A model generated the notes under the pieces. The model had not been told where the DNA came from and did not search any database. It saw only the letters and a program-made list of their open reading frames with translations. Below, piece after piece: positions 61,741 through 64,000 of a stretch of DNA of 64,000 nucleotides. The stretch is from contig CBDFJG010000004.1 of the NCBI GenBank assembly GCA_965248445.1, positions 192,001 through 256,000 of the forward strand. The letters run 5' to 3'. This stretch comes from Planctomycetota bacterium. GTDB lineage: Bacteria > Planctomycetota > JAJSAM01 > JAJVHW01. A program made the position numbers and the translations under genes. Each line of letters begins with the position of its first letter. The first letter of the stretch is position 1.

Positions 61741-62378
61741 GTAGCGGGACGCCTCCGTTCCGCGACGTCGCCGGCGCTCCCAAGGGCCCGCTCGACGCCG
61801 CCGCGTGGCAGTCAAAGTGGGAAGCCCTCGATGCGCCGTGGGATCTCGGTGAGCCGTCCCCTCCACTCGCACAGGCCGTGGCGGACGGGTGGATCAAGCC
61901 ACCCGGCCGCGTGCTGGTGCCGGGCCTCGGCCGCGGTCACGACGCGCTGATGCTCGCGGACGCCGGGTTCGACGTCGTCGGCATCGACATCTCAGCGGAG
62001 GCGGTGCGGCTGGCCGGCGAACTCGCGGCCGAGGCGGAGCTCGACGTGACGTACCGCGTCGCGAACGTGGTCGCGCTGCCGGGCGACATCGGCACATTCG
62101 ATGCAGTCGTGGAACACACGTGCTTCTGCGCCATCGACCCTGCTCTGCGTGACGTTTATGTCGACGCGATGTCGCGCGTCCTGCGACCGGGGGGCGCGCT
62201 GATCGGCGTGTTCTTCGTGATGGAACGCGAGGACGGGCCGCCGTTCGGCGCGACGGAGGAGGAACTGCGGCATCGTTTCGCCACACACTTCGAGGTCGAA
62301 CACATGGCGCGACCGGAGAGCAGCCTCGAGCGCCGCGACGGCATCGAGATGCTGGCTCTGCTGCGGAGACGCGGATGA
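61737..62378 (+). CDS. Thiopurine S-methyltransferase-like SAM methyltransferase
   Basis: PWDLGEPSP, VLVPGLGRGHD, EHTCFCAI, GPPFG. Confidence 0.88.
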   Translation: MSSGTPPFRDVAGAPKGPLDAAAWQSKWEALDAPWDLGEPSPPLAQAVADGWIKPPGRVLVPGLGRGHDALMLADAGFDVVGIDISAEAVRLAGELAAEAELDVTYRVANVVALPGDIGTFDAVVEHTCFCAIDPALRDVYVDAMSRVLRPGGALIGVFFVMEREDGPPFGATEEELRHRFATHFEVEHMARPESSLERRDGIEMLALLRRRG

Positions 62379-63190
62379 GCGACGAGCTGTTCGAGCGCTA
62401 CGGCGGCTGGGCGCTCGTGACCGGCGCATCGTCCGGACTCGGCGCGTCGTACGCAGAGTCGCTGGCGGCAGCTGGCTTCCCGCTGATCCTGACGGCGCGA
62501 AGGCAGGACCGCATGGACGAGCTCGCGGCACGGCTGAGCGCCGCTCACGGCACGAAGTCGCTCGTCGTACCGCTCGACCTGGCCGTACCCGGCGCGTGTG
62601 ATCAGCTCATCGAAGCCGCTGGCGACCGTGAGGTCGGCGTGCTCGTGAACAACGCAGGCTTCGGATTCTCCGGGGCATTCGTGAACGCAGACACCGCCGC
62701 CGACGAGCGCATGGTGCAACTCAACTGCTCCGTACCGGTGCGCCTGACACACGCGTGTCTGCCGGCCATGCGGGAGCGGGGGCGTGGAGCGATCCTGATC
62801 CTCTCGTCGGTCGCGGGCTTCCAGCCCACGCCGTGGTTCACGGTGTACGGCGCCACGAAGGCGTTCGACCTCGTGTTCGCCGAAGCGCTCTGGAGCGAGC
62901 TGCGTGGAAGCGGTGTCGACGTGCTTGCCGTCTGCCCCGGCGAGACACGCACTGAGTTCGCGCGACATGCGCACATGGGCCGCGACAGCGGAGGCATGGA
63001 GCCGGACGTCGTGGTTGTGGGCAGCCTGGCGAAACTCGGGCGCGGACCGACGTTCGTGCCAGGCGCGAAGAACAAGTTCGCGGCGTTCCTGTCGCGCTTC
63101 TTCCCACGTTCGTTCGTGGCAACCGCGACGGGCAACGTCCTCGCGAGAGAGCTCGTCGGCAAGACTCCCGACGAATTGCGCAATTCGTAA
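62375..63190 (+). CDS. SDR family oxidoreductase
   Basis: TGASSGLG, NNAG, SSVAG, YGATK. Confidence 0.93.
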   Translation: MSDELFERYGGWALVTGASSGLGASYAESLAAAGFPLILTARRQDRMDELAARLSAAHGTKSLVVPLDLAVPGACDQLIEAAGDREVGVLVNNAGFGFSGAFVNADTAADERMVQLNCSVPVRLTHACLPAMRERGRGAILILSSVAGFQPTPWFTVYGATKAFDLVFAEALWSELRGSGVDVLAVCPGETRTEFARHAHMGRDSGGMEPDVVVVGSLAKLGRGPTFVPGAKNKFAAFLSRFFPRSFVATATGNVLARELVGKTPDELRNS

Positions 63191-63223
63191 GCGCGGCGCG
63201 GGCGTGGCAGCACCCCGCCCCTA

Positions 63224-64000
63224 CTACCGCTTAAAGAGGGTGTGTTCCAGGGTGAGCACGGAGAACGCGGTGAACGGTTCGATCCCGCTGCGGGAGAGCC
63301 ATCGTTCGTTCCGCTTCTGCGTCTTCCCCTTTGTCGTGACCGTCGCATCGGGAGATGGATCGAACATGCCGGCCCGGAACCCGTCGACGATCTGGAAGTC
63401 CTCCGCGTACTCGAGCACCACCTGGCGACGCGCGGGGGAGAGGTCCTCGCTGAGCAGCAGCTCCATGCGCACGTCGTAGTACAGGCCGTACAGATTGACC
63501 TGTCTTGCCGGCCGGGCACCGACCTTCGCGGTGGCCGCGAGCGCCTTGGCGAAGCGCTCGCGCGTCGCGTCCTCTCGAACCTCGCCGAGCACCTGCAGTG
63601 CGAGCATCCCGGCCGACTGCAACGAAGCATGTGCGCTTTGGCCGACCATGTACGAGAAGTGGGTCTCGTCCACGCGCGTTGATTTGACGAAGTAGAGCAT
63701 GGCCTCGACCACGTCGGCGCCGGGCGCATCGATACCCGCTTCCCGTGCGGCTTCGTACGCCTGCACCACCCACGCCGTCACGCTCAGGTCCCCGGCGCCG
63801 CCGGAGCCGTAGCGGTATCCGCCCCGTGGACCGGCGAGCGTCGCCTGGTACTGCCAGCCCTTCTCCACTGCCTGGACCACACGCGCGTCGCCGGACGCGC
63901 CGGCGGCCTGGCCGAGCGCCATGAGCGCCAGCGCACTGTCGTATCCGCGGCGGCCGAAGGAACCGTCCTTCCGCTGCTGGCGGACGATCCAGTCCACACC
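63224..64000 (-). CDS. Prenyltransferase/squalene-cyclase repeat protein (5' part outside the window)
   Basis: WIVRQQRKDGSF, GGYRY, GDLSVTAW, NLYGLYY motifs; ORF runs off the window edge. Confidence 0.75.
   Translation of the reverse strand, partial: GVDWIVRQQRKDGSFGRRGYDSALALMALGQAAGASGDARVVQAVEKGWQYQATLAGPRGGYRYGSGGAGDLSVTAWVVQAYEAAREAGIDAPGADVVEAMLYFVKSTRVDETHFSYMVGQSAHASLQSAGMLALQVLGEVREDATRERFAKALAATAKVGARPARQVNLYGLYYDVRMELLLSEDLSPARRQVVLEYAEDFQIVDGFRAGMFDPSPDATVTTKGKTQKRNERWLSRSGIEPFTAFSVLTLEHTLFKR

Overview
High-GC (about 70% by eye) bacterial chromosomal window, most likely from an uncultured Planctomycetota-like organism (inferred from DUF1570-like, prenyltransferase-repeat, DUF6263-like and MoxR/DUF58 genes). 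No integrase, transposase or CRISPR array was seen. The left half holds secreted and proteostasis genes (large NIDO/Ig surface protein, TolB-amidohydrolase, clpB, moxR, a DUF58-transglutaminase fusion, HtrA), a heterodimeric ABC exporter with one frameshift, polysaccharide genes, tRNA-Glu(CTC) and gltX. The centre is a roughly 20 kb minus-strand respiratory supercluster: thioredoxin-like protein, ferredoxin, Rieske protein, split cytochrome b6/subunit IV, an 8-heme cytochrome c with two CxxC-pair insertions, a HEAT protein, three tandem amicyanin-like cupredoxin proteins, A2-type oxidase subunits II and I (no subunit III here), ctaA, ctaB, an ABC-2 pair, SCO and DUF420. The best find is a small gene at the end of this cluster that is missing from the ORF track (34642-34902, minus strand). 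It encodes a signal peptide followed by an in-frame TGA in a UxxC motif (U-P-N-C), then a SECIS-like hairpin with a GGUC loop, so it is a candidate exported, membrane-anchored selenoprotein linked to oxidase assembly. The right end has a degenerate Fic-like gene divergent from a HIT gene, hemerythrin, a metallophosphoesterase, lipB-lipA-methyltransferase-SDR and a partial prenyltransferase-repeat gene.
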